DNA of 64,000 nucleotides from NCBI GenBank assembly GCA_963706325.1, contig CAVPLT010000005.1, positions 160,001 to 224,000 of the forward strand, given 5' to 3'. Under the pieces are notes generated by a model. That model ran no database searches. It had not been told where the DNA came from and saw only the letters and a program-made list of their open reading frames with translations. The position numbers and the translations under genes are program-made. The first letter of the stretch is position 1; each line of letters begins with the position of its first letter. Shown here one piece after another: positions 18,020 through 28,442 of this stretch. This DNA comes from an uncultured Nitrospiraceae bacterium (GTDB taxonomy: Bacteria; Nitrospirota; Nitrospiria; Nitrospirales; Nitrospiraceae).

Positions 18020-19417
18020 CTACACGGTTTCAAATGGAGATGCAATGCCTTGATAGGGGACGGCAGGGAGCCGTGAGTTCTGGTCGTCCTGGTCGGTATC
18101 AGACTTGGCAGCGCGCCAGGGGAGGGCGACATAGGTATTCCAGCGGCCGCATCGTCGGCAGCGACCAGACCACTCGGCCAATTCGTGGTGGCACTGGGTG
18201 CACTGGTAGGGTACGACCACTCGTTTCTTGAACCCAAGAGCTTTCTTGAGTTCCCCCACGGCCTCGTCCGTGTGCTGCTTGCGTAGATACAAATTGGCCA
18301 TGATCTTATGATAGTCGACGAGCTGCTCGTGCGATCCGTCCAGAGTCGAGAGCACGTCATACGCTTCATCCACCATTTCGAGCCGGTAATAGAGTTTCCC
18401 GAGGTAAAACTGGATTACGGTGTTGTGAGGATCCTGGTGAAGCGCTTCCTGATAGGCGCGAATGATTTCATCAGGCTCTCCCAGTTCCAGAAAGAGCTCC
18501 TCCAGCCGGTGAAGAATAATGACGCTCCGTGTTTTGTCATAGATTTTTTTGAGAATTTCTACGGCGTTTTTGGTCTTGCCTTCTCGCACCAGGATCTCTC
18601 CGATGCCGATATACGCCGGTAAAAAGGTGCGGTCTTTCTTGATCGCGCCGCGGAAATAGCGCCGAGCCTTGTCGGGGTGCCCGCGCTCCAGGAGTTGACG
18701 TCCGACTTCATACATGCAGCCAAGTAAGAGATTCTCTTCAGCCCGCCGTTCGCTTTCAGGCCAGTTGGCTTTGACGAGGCGGTATTGGATTTCGAGCGCA
18801 TCGCTCCATTTTTCGAGCCGGATCTGAAGGTCGCGTTTGCGAATCAAAGCCATCAAGTTGTCCGGCTCAATGCGGAGGATATCTTGAAGCGTCTGAAGCG
18901 CGTCTTCGTAGCGGCGGGCGCCCTCCAGGTCTTTGGCCAATTCCAGCAGGACCTCGACGTTGCGTTCTTCGATGCGGTGGGCTTGCTGGTGGAGGCGGAT
19001 CGCCTCTGTCACGTTACCCTCCGACCGATAAATGTTACCGAGCCACAGGAGCGAGTCCGTCCGATTGGGATCGATGACGAGGGCGCGTTCGAATAAGCTG
19101 ACCGCCTCGGCGGTCCGCTTGGACATGAACGCATGTGTGCCGTCCCGGTGGAGGGCATCCACCTTTTCTTTACGTCGCACGAGGCGATTGCTGCGCCAAT
19201 TCACGAAGACATGGGTAGTTTCCTTGATGGTGACAATGAGCGCCACCAGCGTAGCGCCAAGGGCCATCGCAAACAGGACCAATGAAACGGGACTCAGCTC
19301 AAACAGCGAGTCCGGGCTGGTGCGAATCGTAATGGTGCCGGGGTTAAGTTCGCGAAAATAACTGTAGAGAAAAATCCCGACGCTGACGAGAAAGATCGTG
19401 AAGAGCAACCGAAACAT
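18020..19417 (-). CDS. LapA-like membrane domain fused to a LapB-like TPR/rubredoxin protein
   Basis: Two N-terminal TMs; TPR repeats; C-terminal YQCTQC..WSGRCRRCGRWN. Confidence 0.8.
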   Translation of the reverse strand: MFRLLFTIFLVSVGIFLYSYFRELNPGTITIRTSPDSLFELSPVSLVLFAMALGATLVALIVTIKETTHVFVNWRSNRLVRRKEKVDALHRDGTHAFMSKRTAEAVSLFERALVIDPNRTDSLLWLGNIYRSEGNVTEAIRLHQQAHRIEERNVEVLLELAKDLEGARRYEDALQTLQDILRIEPDNLMALIRKRDLQIRLEKWSDALEIQYRLVKANWPESERRAEENLLLGCMYEVGRQLLERGHPDKARRYFRGAIKKDRTFLPAYIGIGEILVREGKTKNAVEILKKIYDKTRSVIILHRLEELFLELGEPDEIIRAYQEALHQDPHNTVIQFYLGKLYYRLEMVDEAYDVLSTLDGSHEQLVDYHKIMANLYLRKQHTDEAVGELKKALGFKKRVVVPYQCTQCHHELAEWSGRCRRCGRWNTYVALPWRAAKSDTDQDDQNSRLPAVPYQGIASPFETV

Positions 19418-19418
19418 G

Positions 19419-19841
19419 CTAGACCCGTTTCCGGGTGCGAGCCGGACGTGCCGTGGACGGAGCAGGCAGAGCGACCTTCAGGGCGTCCTCTTCCGGCAAC
19501 CGGACCTGTCCTGCGTCGCTCCACAGTCGTTCGAGGGCGTAGTGTTCGCGAATATCCTTTTGGAAAATGTGAACGATGACGTCACCAAAGTCCATCACGA
19601 CCCACTTGGCTGACGAGGCGCCTTCTGTACTGAGTGGCGCATGGCCTTGCGCACTGAGACTGTCGCTCACGTGGTCGGCGATCGCGCGTGCTTGGCGTTC
19701 AGATTCCCCGGAGCCGATCACCAGGTAGTCAGCAAGAGAGGTCAGTGAGGCAATATGCAGGATCAGGACATCGGTGGCTTTCTTATCCAGGATGGCGCTG
19801 GCCACCGCGAGAGCTTTGGCCTTTGATTCAAGTACGATCAC
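19419..19841 (-). CDS. rsfS: Ribosome silencing factor
   Basis: DKKATD, ADY, WVVMDFGDVIVHIF and YALERLW; follows nadD. Confidence 0.92.
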   Translation of the reverse strand: MIVLESKAKALAVASAILDKKATDVLILHIASLTSLADYLVIGSGESERQARAIADHVSDSLSAQGHAPLSTEGASSAKWVVMDFGDVIVHIFQKDIREHYALERLWSDAGQVRLPEEDALKVALPAPSTARPARTRKRV

Positions 19842-20508
19842 TGTCCTCCCTATATAACCCCTCGCGAAGTATATAGGATTCGACAGAGGCGGGCAACAGA
19901 TTTGCCAGGGGTCGGCCCTCTTGCACACGCTGCCTGATATCCGATGCGGAGATGTCGCAGGGGGGCAACCGCAGGAAGGTCAGCGCTTGGCCCTCCGCGA
20001 GGATCATATCCGCTCGTTCTTGCCGGGCGGCATCTAATGCCATTAAGGCCTTCTCCTGAAGGCCATGAAAGAGCGAGATTGACGACAGGGTTCGAAAACT
20101 GACCGAAGGCCTGGAAAACACGACAAACCGGCAGCTTGAGAGCAACGTCTGAGCATTTTTCCAGGAAGGCAGCTCAAGAAATGCATCCAGCCCGATCATG
20201 AAAAATACTGTGGTGCCTGGCCCATATTCCTGCTGAACCGCGCGGACAGTATCGATGGAGTAGGATTTGCCGGATCGGCGGATTTCCATGTCCGTGAGGG
20301 CGAATTCCGTCACGCCCTGAATCGCCAATTCCACCATTCGGTAACGATGTTCGGCTGCGGCTAATGTCCCTGGTTGTTTGTGCGGAGGATCACCCGTTGG
20401 GATAAAGAGGACGCGGTCCAGCTGCAGGAGCTGTTGGGCGGACTGAGCAATGGAGAGATGGCACCGGTGAATCGGGTTAAAGCTGCCGCCCAAAAGTCCC
20501 AGTCGCAT
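19828..20508 (-). CDS. nadD: Nicotinate-nucleotide adenylyltransferase
   Basis: GGSFNPIH, PPHK, SYSIDT and ISASDIR motifs. Confidence 0.95.
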   Translation of the reverse strand: MRLGLLGGSFNPIHRCHLSIAQSAQQLLQLDRVLFIPTGDPPHKQPGTLAAAEHRYRMVELAIQGVTEFALTDMEIRRSGKSYSIDTVRAVQQEYGPGTTVFFMIGLDAFLELPSWKNAQTLLSSCRFVVFSRPSVSFRTLSSISLFHGLQEKALMALDAARQERADMILAEGQALTFLRLPPCDISASDIRQRVQEGRPLANLLPASVESYILREGLYREDSDRT

Positions 20509-20616
20509 GCGTGATGCTACATGAACCCTGTTGAATGTGAACGGACCGTCGCTCGGCTCATAACGGGCGCGCCGCAACTTCCTCACCGCCAGCGCCGGAC
20601 CTATCGCGTGGTCTGG

Positions 20617-21738
20617 CTAGAGAATGACCAAATTGTCCCGGTGAATCACTTCCTCATATTCGTGAAGTCCGGGAAGCTTTTGAATGTCGACGGTCTTAAG
20701 TCCCTTGATACGGGCGAGGACCTCGGAGGAAAAGTTGACGAGGCCTTTGGCGCACTCCTTCCCGTCTGGAGCGACGCATGTGACCGGATCACCGGCATCG
20801 AAGTGGCCAGTGGCATCCAATATGCCTGAAGCCAGTAAGCTCTTGCCTTTCAGGACCAAGGCTTCGACGGCCCCCTGGTCAAGCTGCACATGGCCCCGTG
20901 GGCGGAGGGTAAAGGCGATCCAATGTTTTCGGCTCGTCAGTCGTCGTTCGCGGGCGAGAAACAGGCTGCCACCCGGTTTTCCGCTGAGCACCTCCGGAAG
21001 CAGGTTCTTCTGTGTTCCGTTGAGAATCAGGGTCGCCACTCCGTACTCACCCACCTTCTTTGCCGCGCTCACCTTGGTGGCCATGCCACCGGTGCCTTCG
21101 AAGGTGGAGGACACCCCGGCCCGCCGTTCGATGTCTTCGGTAATGTCATGGATCAACGGGATGAGGGTGGCGGTCGAGTCCTTGCGAGGATCGGCGGTAA
21201 ACAGCCCGTCCACATCTGACAGGATAATGAGCAAATCCGCATCCACTAGATGCGCCACCTGAGCCGCGAGGGTATCGTTGTCTCCCACGCGGATTTCCTC
21301 CACTGCGACCGTATCATTCTCATTAATGATAGGGATCACGCCGAATTTGATCAATGTGGTGAGGGTGTGCCGTGCATTAAGAAATCGCCGTCGGTCGGCT
21401 AAGTCTTCGTGCGTTAAGAGCACTTGTGCGACGCGGAGGCTCAAACGCTCGAACGCCTTCTCATAGGCCCACATCAGATGGCTTTGGCCCACCGCTGCGG
21501 CGGCTTGTTTCACCGGCAGGCTTTTGGGATACTCGCGTAATCCCAGTTTCTTGAGGCCGGAAACCACCGCACCGGACGATACGATCAACACTTCGCGTCC
21601 TTGCGCGCGTACGTCGGCAATCTCGCAGGCGAGCCGATCGATTCGTTCGGCGCTCAAGCCGGTTTCGCGCGACGCGACCAGGCTGCTCCCGATCTTAATG
21701 ACGACGCGTTTCGCTAGTCTTAGGAGTTCGTCTCGCAC
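20617..21738 (-). CDS. proB: Glutamate 5-kinase
   Basis: VIKIGSS, INENDTV, GDNDTL, GTGGMATK and a PUA domain; GTG start overlaps the obgE end. Confidence 0.95.
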   Translation of the reverse strand: MRDELLRLAKRVVIKIGSSLVASRETGLSAERIDRLACEIADVRAQGREVLIVSSGAVVSGLKKLGLREYPKSLPVKQAAAAVGQSHLMWAYEKAFERLSLRVAQVLLTHEDLADRRRFLNARHTLTTLIKFGVIPIINENDTVAVEEIRVGDNDTLAAQVAHLVDADLLIILSDVDGLFTADPRKDSTATLIPLIHDITEDIERRAGVSSTFEGTGGMATKVSAAKKVGEYGVATLILNGTQKNLLPEVLSGKPGGSLFLARERRLTSRKHWIAFTLRPRGHVQLDQGAVEALVLKGKSLLASGILDATGHFDAGDPVTCVAPDGKECAKGLVNFSSEVLARIKGLKTVDIQKLPGLHEYEEVIHRDNLVIL

Positions 21739-22751
21739 GGGGTTTTCCGGAGCAGCTCCACCTGCTGGCCCATATAACGCACACAGTCGTCCAATCCCTC
21801 TCGCGTAGCCGCCGAAATTGCAAAAAATGGAATCTTGCGTCGTTGGCAATACTTCCGGAGCCGTTCGAGGCGTTCCCCCTCACCCTTGACGTCGAGTTTG
21901 GTGCCCAACACGGCGAACGGCCGAGCGGCAAGAGATTCGTCATAGGCCGTAAGCTCATGGCGCATGACCTCGAAGCTTGTGACAGGGTCTTCCGTGATCC
22001 ACTCTGAAATATCGATCACGTGGATCAGTAGGCTGGTTCGTTCGATGTGGCGAAGAAACTGAAAACCCAGACCCCTGCCTTCATGCGCTCCCTCAATCAA
22101 CCCGGGAATGTCGGCGATGACAAAGGTCTGCGATTCGTTCCAACGCACGACGGCCAGGTTGGGAGTGAGGGTGGTGAAGGGGTAGTCGGCGATTTTCGGC
22201 CTTGCCGCAGAGACGGCCGCGATCAAGGTCGATTTTCCGGCATTCGGATAGCCCACCAATCCGACGTCCGCCAGGAGTTTCAAGTCGAGTCGAAGGAACC
22301 GCTCTTCACCCGGAGTGCCCGGTTCAAACTGCGTCGGAACGCGGTTTGTTGAGGTAGCGAACCGCGTATTGCCTCTGCCTCCATGGCCACCGGTCGCAAT
22401 AATACAGCTTTCACCGTCTACGGTGAGATCAGCCAAGAGTTCTTGGGTGGTATCGTCAAAGACCATGGTGCCGACTGGGACAGGAATATGCACGTCGACG
22501 CCTCGACGCCCATGGCAATTGCTGCCGCCCCCGGGCTCGCCGTTTTCAGCTTCATAATGTTTCTGGTAGCGAAGATCCAGCAGGGTGCTTAGGCGTGTGG
22601 TGGATTGCACGATGATGCTCCCGCCGTTTCCACCGTCCCCTCCGTCCGGGCCGCCGCGCGGGACAAATTTTTCCCGTCGAAAGCTGCAGGCGCCATTGCC
22701 GCCTTGGCCGGCCTTCACAAAGATTTGGACTTGATCGACAAATGTAGACAT
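21720..22751 (-). CDS. obgE: GTPase Obg
   Basis: FRREKFVPRGGPDGGDGG, GYPNAGKST and DIPGL motifs. Confidence 0.97.
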   Translation of the reverse strand: MSTFVDQVQIFVKAGQGGNGACSFRREKFVPRGGPDGGDGGNGGSIIVQSTTRLSTLLDLRYQKHYEAENGEPGGGSNCHGRRGVDVHIPVPVGTMVFDDTTQELLADLTVDGESCIIATGGHGGRGNTRFATSTNRVPTQFEPGTPGEERFLRLDLKLLADVGLVGYPNAGKSTLIAAVSAARPKIADYPFTTLTPNLAVVRWNESQTFVIADIPGLIEGAHEGRGLGFQFLRHIERTSLLIHVIDISEWITEDPVTSFEVMRHELTAYDESLAARPFAVLGTKLDVKGEGERLERLRKYCQRRKIPFFAISAATREGLDDCVRYMGQQVELLRKTPCETNS

Positions 22752-22875
22752 CGCAGCAATCCCCCAGCCATCCGGTTATTAGAGGCAGCAGTATAGCGTA
22801 TTCGCCGGTTCCCGGGGGAGACTATGCGAGCGAAGGCACTGGTCCGTGGAAACTAAGGTGTGGACTGAGGAGGGG

Positions 22876-23139
22876 TCAGGCCTTTGCTGTGACCGGATAG
22901 ACGCTTACCTTCTGTCGGCCGCGGCCACCTTCAAATTTGACGACACCGCTCACATACGCAAATAGCGTGTGGTCTCGGCCAAGCCCGACATTGAACCCAG
23001 GGAAAAATTTCGTTCCACGCTGGCGAACGATGATGGAGCCGGCCTTGATCGTCTCTCCACCGTAGGCCTTGACGCCGAGGTATTGTGGGTTGCTGTCGCG
23101 GCCGTTCCTTGTCGAACCGCCGCCTTTGTTTGTTGCCAT
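22876..23139 (-). CDS. rpmA: 50S ribosomal protein L27
   Basis: [27 protein letters not shown]. Confidence 0.97.
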   Translation of the reverse strand: MATNKGGGSTRNGRDSNPQYLGVKAYGGETIKAGSIIVRQRGTKFFPGFNVGLGRDHTLFAYVSGVVKFEGGRGRQKVSVYPVTAKA

Positions 23140-23164
23140 GGCAAACTCCCCTTCGAGTCGTTAC

Positions 23165-23479
23165 TTACTTCGTTTCGATTTGAGTGACACGCAGCTGCGT
23201 AAAACCTTGTCGGTGGCCCCTGGTTCGCCGATAATTTTTGCGACGGTGCTTCTTAAACACCGTGATGGATCTGGTGCGCCCTTGGCGGATGATCTCCGCT
23301 GTCACGTGCGCGCCGGGGATGATCGGTTGGCCCACCACCAGTCCCTCGTCTCCATTGAGCAGCCGAACTCGGTCGATTTGCACAGAGTTTCCGACATCGC
23401 CAGGAAGTGACTCCACTTGGAGCACAGTTCCTGCTTCCACTCGATACTGTTTTCCGCCCGTCTCAATAATAGCGTACAT
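23165..23479 (-). CDS. rplU: 50S ribosomal protein L21
   Basis: MYAIIETGGKQYRV..RRKNYRR..GHRQ; SD GAGGAG. Confidence 0.97.
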   Translation of the reverse strand: MYAIIETGGKQYRVEAGTVLQVESLPGDVGNSVQIDRVRLLNGDEGLVVGQPIIPGAHVTAEIIRQGRTRSITVFKKHRRKNYRRTRGHRQGFTQLRVTQIETK

Positions 23480-23712
23480 GTGCGTCTTTCTCCTCGTCAG
23501 CAGAACGTGAGTGTCTATCACAGCCATAAATAAGGTGTCAAGAACAAGTGCGTCAAAGAGTGGTTCGTGGAGTGGTCAGACCCTGAAACGCCGGTCTTCG
23601 TGAGAAATGCGCAGGGTCCCCATACGCATGGATTTGAACAATGCATGGCTCACAAAATGCGCGTGGCTGGCTGTCTTGACGCTCATTGTGAGCCGCTGGT
23701 ATGATCCCGCGC

Positions 23713-24627
23713 ATGCTACAAACCAGCGAAAAAATATGGATGGACGGGGCATTTGTCGCCTGGGCCGACGCTCAGGTTCACGTGCTGACACACTCACTCC
23801 ACTACGGATTGGCCGCCTTCGAAGGCATTCGATGCTACAAAGGAAAGAGCGGGTCATCCATCTTTAGATTGTCCGAGCACGTGGATCGTCTGTTTGAATC
23901 CGCGCACATCGCGTTGATCGAGATACCGTATGACAAGAAGCAACTCACCGAGGCCATCGTCGAAACGGTGAGGATCAATCGGTTAGAGGCCTGCTACATT
24001 CGTCCGCTTGTGTACATTGGGTATGGGGCTATGGGTCTCTATCCGGCTGAAAATCCCATTAAAGTAAGTATTGCCGCTTGGAAATGGGGGACGTATCTTG
24101 GTGACGAGGCCTTGACCAAAGGGATTCGCGCAAGGGTGTCCTCATTTACTCGTCATCACGTGAACGTTTCTATGACGCGTGGGAAAATCTCCGGGTACTA
24201 TGTGAACTCCATTCTCGCCAAACGCGAGGTGAAGGCGGATGGGTATGATGAGGCCATTATGCTCGACCCTGAGGGTTATGTGGCTGAAGGGACTGGCGAA
24301 AACGTATTTATTGTCAGGCGCGGCGTCCTGAAGACGACCCCGCTGACGTCCATTCTTGAGGGCATTACACGGAACTCCATCATTGAATTGGCCAAGGATC
24401 GCAATGTTCCGATGGTTGAGGAACGTTTCACGCGCGATGAAATGTATGTGGCGGAAGAAGTGTTCGTCACCGGCACCGCGGCGGAACTCACGCCGGTCAC
24501 TGAAATTGACCAACGACGTATCGGCACCGGGAGGCCTGGTCAGATCACGCAAACGCTACAGAAGGCATTCTTTGAAGTTGTCGGGGGGGCGGATTCCGCT
24601 CACCGGCAATGGCTCACCCCTGTCTAG
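23713..24627 (+). CDS. ilvE: Branched-chain amino acid aminotransferase
   Basis: LHYG..FEGIRCY, EGTGEN, LEGITR and GTAAE motifs. Confidence 0.95.
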   Translation: MLQTSEKIWMDGAFVAWADAQVHVLTHSLHYGLAAFEGIRCYKGKSGSSIFRLSEHVDRLFESAHIALIEIPYDKKQLTEAIVETVRINRLEACYIRPLVYIGYGAMGLYPAENPIKVSIAAWKWGTYLGDEALTKGIRARVSSFTRHHVNVSMTRGKISGYYVNSILAKREVKADGYDEAIMLDPEGYVAEGTGENVFIVRRGVLKTTPLTSILEGITRNSIIELAKDRNVPMVEERFTRDEMYVAEEVFVTGTAAELTPVTEIDQRRIGTGRPGQITQTLQKAFFEVVGGADSAHRQWLTPV

Positions 24628-24743
24628 GGTCCGCTCCACAGGCTCTCTTCCCGAATCAGTACAGTAATACGTGAGATCGGCCAGCGCCATGGCTGCGGCT
24701 TCCTTGCGTCTATGTGTTGCGGCTGAGAAGAGTCTACAGAATG

Positions 24744-25097
24744 CTAGCGAGAGCCTTCACCTGCGGGATGGGGTTCCGTGGTGGGAGAAGCGGGGGGGGC
24801 CGCAGGCGTGGTGCTCGGTGCGCTTTCCGCCGGCTTTTTATTCAGGTCGATGACCGTCGAGGAAAAGTTTCGTTCTTTTGCTAGGATGGCCAAAGATAAG
24901 GACGTGAACATAAACACGAAGGCTGTAATGACGGTAAACTTGCTCAGGAAGTTAGCCGGGCCGCGACTGCCGAAGACGGTTTGGCTTGAGCCACCGAATG
25001 CCGCTCCAATTTCTGCACCTTTGCCGGATTGCAGCAGGATTGCTCCAATCATAAGCAGGCAGACGATGACATGAATAATGACCAGTACTGTATACAT
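24744..25097 (-). CDS. secG: Preprotein translocase subunit SecG
   Basis: ILLQSGKGAEIGAAFGG; lies downstream of tpiA. Confidence 0.95.
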   Translation of the reverse strand: MYTVLVIIHVIVCLLMIGAILLQSGKGAEIGAAFGGSSQTVFGSRGPANFLSKFTVITAFVFMFTSLSLAILAKERNFSSTVIDLNKKPAESAPSTTPAAPPASPTTEPHPAGEGSR

Positions 25098-25106
25098 CTT
25101 GAATTT

Positions 25107-25886
25107 CTAGGCCGTGGTGGGTGTGGACCCGAGAGCGACCGTGATGAGTGTAGCAAAAGAGACCGGATCTAAACAAGCCCCGCCGACGAGTGCGCCGTCA
25201 ATTTCTTCGGAAGCCAGAAAGCCGGCGATATTTTGCGGCGTGACGCTGCCTCCGTACAGGATACGGACCTGGTTCCCTGCATCTGACCCGCTCAGTTCGT
25301 TAATGGTGCGACGAATCATACGATGGACCGGGACGGCCTGATCTGGCGAGGCAGCCCGCCCTGTGCCAATGGCCCAGACAGGCTCATAGGCGATTGTCAT
25401 GATTTGGAGGGCCTGCGCCTTAACTTCCTCCAGCGCAACGCGGAGTTGTCGTTGAATGACCGACTCCGTATTGCCTGCATCGCGATCCTGCAACGTTTCC
25501 CCCACACAGAGAACCGGTTGAAGTCCATGTCGAATTGCCGCAAGCACTTTCTTATTCGTCCAGACGTCTTGTTCTCCGAAATACTGCCGTCGTTCAGAAT
25601 GACCGATGAGGACAAAGTGGCAACCGAGATCCTTCAGCATGAGGCCGGACACCTCACCGGTGAAGGCTCCCTTTTCTTCCCAGTAGAGATTTTGCGCACC
25701 GAGTAAAAAGCGCGATGCAGGGCCGAGCGCGGCGCCTGCTGCAGGCAGGGCGGTAAACGGTGGGGTGAACCCCACTTGGATGCCGCCTAAGTCTGAGACC
25801 TGATGCAAGAGTTCTTGAACGAACGCCGTGGCCTCAGAGGCGGTTTTGTTCATCTTCCAGTTGCCGATAATGAAGCGAGTTCTCAC
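25107..25886 (-). CDS. tpiA: Triosephosphate isomerase
   Basis: GNWKMNK, GHSERR, AYEPVWAIGTG and YGGSV motifs. Confidence 0.97.
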   Translation of the reverse strand: MRTRFIIGNWKMNKTASEATAFVQELLHQVSDLGGIQVGFTPPFTALPAAGAALGPASRFLLGAQNLYWEEKGAFTGEVSGLMLKDLGCHFVLIGHSERRQYFGEQDVWTNKKVLAAIRHGLQPVLCVGETLQDRDAGNTESVIQRQLRVALEEVKAQALQIMTIAYEPVWAIGTGRAASPDQAVPVHRMIRRTINELSGSDAGNQVRILYGGSVTPQNIAGFLASEEIDGALVGGACLDPVSFATLITVALGSTPTTA

Positions 25887-25924
25887 GAGACCTCTGTTGC
25901 GGTGAAAAGAAACGGTCGGAGTCG

Positions 25925-27124
25925 TTAGGGCGTGCGATTGGGGAGTGCTGCGAGACCCGGAAGGGTTTTTCCTTCCAGTAATTCCAGTGCGGCCCCACCA
26001 CCGGTAGAGATGAACGAGATGCTTTCGGATTCTCCTGCACGATGGATGGCGAGCGCTGTTTCGCCTCCGCCTACGATGGTCAGGGCGTACGCGTTGGCCA
26101 CAGAGTGGGCCATGGCGAGAGTGCCTCTGGCGAAGGCATCGACTTCAAACATGCCCATGGGACCATTCCAAAGAATAGTTTTGGCATCCTGAACTGCTTC
26201 CGAAAACAGTTTGACGGAGGCGGGCCCGATATCCAATCCATACCATCCTTTGGGAATTTCCTGAACGGGCACGATTTTCGTCTCGGCGCCGGGTTCTCGG
26301 CTCGCCGCCACGACGCAATCCACCGGAAGATAAAATTTGACTCCACTGGCGAAGGCGTGGTCTTGAACTCCCTTGGCAAAGTCCAGCATATCGTTCTCGA
26401 CCAGCGATTGGCCGATCTCCAGCCCCATGGCCTTGAGGAAGGTGAAGGCCATGCCGCCGCCGATGATGACCTTGTCGACTTTTTTGCCGAGGTTCTCGAT
26501 GACGCCGATTTTGCCCGACACCTTTGCACCGCCCAGAATGGCGACAAACGGTCGAACCGGGTTTTCGACGGCGCCTTCCAAGTACTCGATCTCTTTTTTC
26601 AGTAGGTAGCCGGCGGCCGCCTCAGGGATGAATTTCGTGATACCGACGGTGGAAGCGTGGGCGCGATGTGCGGCACCAAACGCGTCGTTGATGTAAACAT
26701 CCGCAAGGGACGCGAGGGCTTTGGAAAATCCGTCGTCGTTTTTCTCTTCACCTGCATGGAAACGGAGGTTTTCCAACAGCATGACATCGCCAGGCCGCAT
26801 TTTGGCGACGAGGCCTTCAACGGCCGAGCCGATGCAATCCGGAGCAAAAATCACCTCTTTGCCAAGGAGACGTTGGAGACGTTTTGCAACGGGCGCCAAG
26901 CTGAACTTAGGGTCGAACTTTCCATTTGGTCGACCGAGGTGCGAGCAAAGAATAACCTTGGCTCCTTCGTCGACGGCGCGATTGATGGTCGGCAGCGTCG
27001 ATCGGATCCTCGTGTCGTCGGTAATCTGCAATGAATCGTCGAGCGGGACGTTAAAGTCGGCGCGAATGATGACCCGTTTTCCCTGAAGCTGAACGTCCTC
27101 GATGATGCGTTTGCGGATATTCAT
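25925..27124 (-). CDS. pgk: Phosphoglycerate kinase
   Basis: RADFNVP, LENLRF, WNGPMG and STGGGA motifs. Confidence 0.97.
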   Translation of the reverse strand: MNIRKRIIEDVQLQGKRVIIRADFNVPLDDSLQITDDTRIRSTLPTINRAVDEGAKVILCSHLGRPNGKFDPKFSLAPVAKRLQRLLGKEVIFAPDCIGSAVEGLVAKMRPGDVMLLENLRFHAGEEKNDDGFSKALASLADVYINDAFGAAHRAHASTVGITKFIPEAAAGYLLKKEIEYLEGAVENPVRPFVAILGGAKVSGKIGVIENLGKKVDKVIIGGGMAFTFLKAMGLEIGQSLVENDMLDFAKGVQDHAFASGVKFYLPVDCVVAASREPGAETKIVPVQEIPKGWYGLDIGPASVKLFSEAVQDAKTILWNGPMGMFEVDAFARGTLAMAHSVANAYALTIVGGGETALAIHRAGESESISFISTGGGAALELLEGKTLPGLAALPNRTP

Positions 27125-27220
27125 GGTAGGCCTTCACTCCCCCTGCGGTGTGTACCGCGCCGGTCGGTTCACTACCTGATCGTGCTGCGCGTCAGAAAAA
27201 GCGCGCCGCATAGGATCGAT

Positions 27221-28240
<1,020 letters not shown>

Positions 28241-28442
28241 TCAAGAATTAAGCGGGTTGAACAGAGTAAGCTTGGGGGGATAGTACTGAGCGACTTTCTG
28301 CGTGTCAAGCATACAAAATGATGGAATGGTTGTAATGTTTGCCGTCTTGGAAGTCATATTTGAGACAGCTACTCGCATTGCCTGGTCGAGGGAGCCTGGG
28401 TAGAGTCTGGCGTTTTCAAGTTCACCGGATACTCGGGGCATT

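Noticed and set aside
24628..24743. tRNA-Leu often found after secG
   Set aside because: No cloverleaf, TTCGA T-loop or CCA end is visible on either strand.
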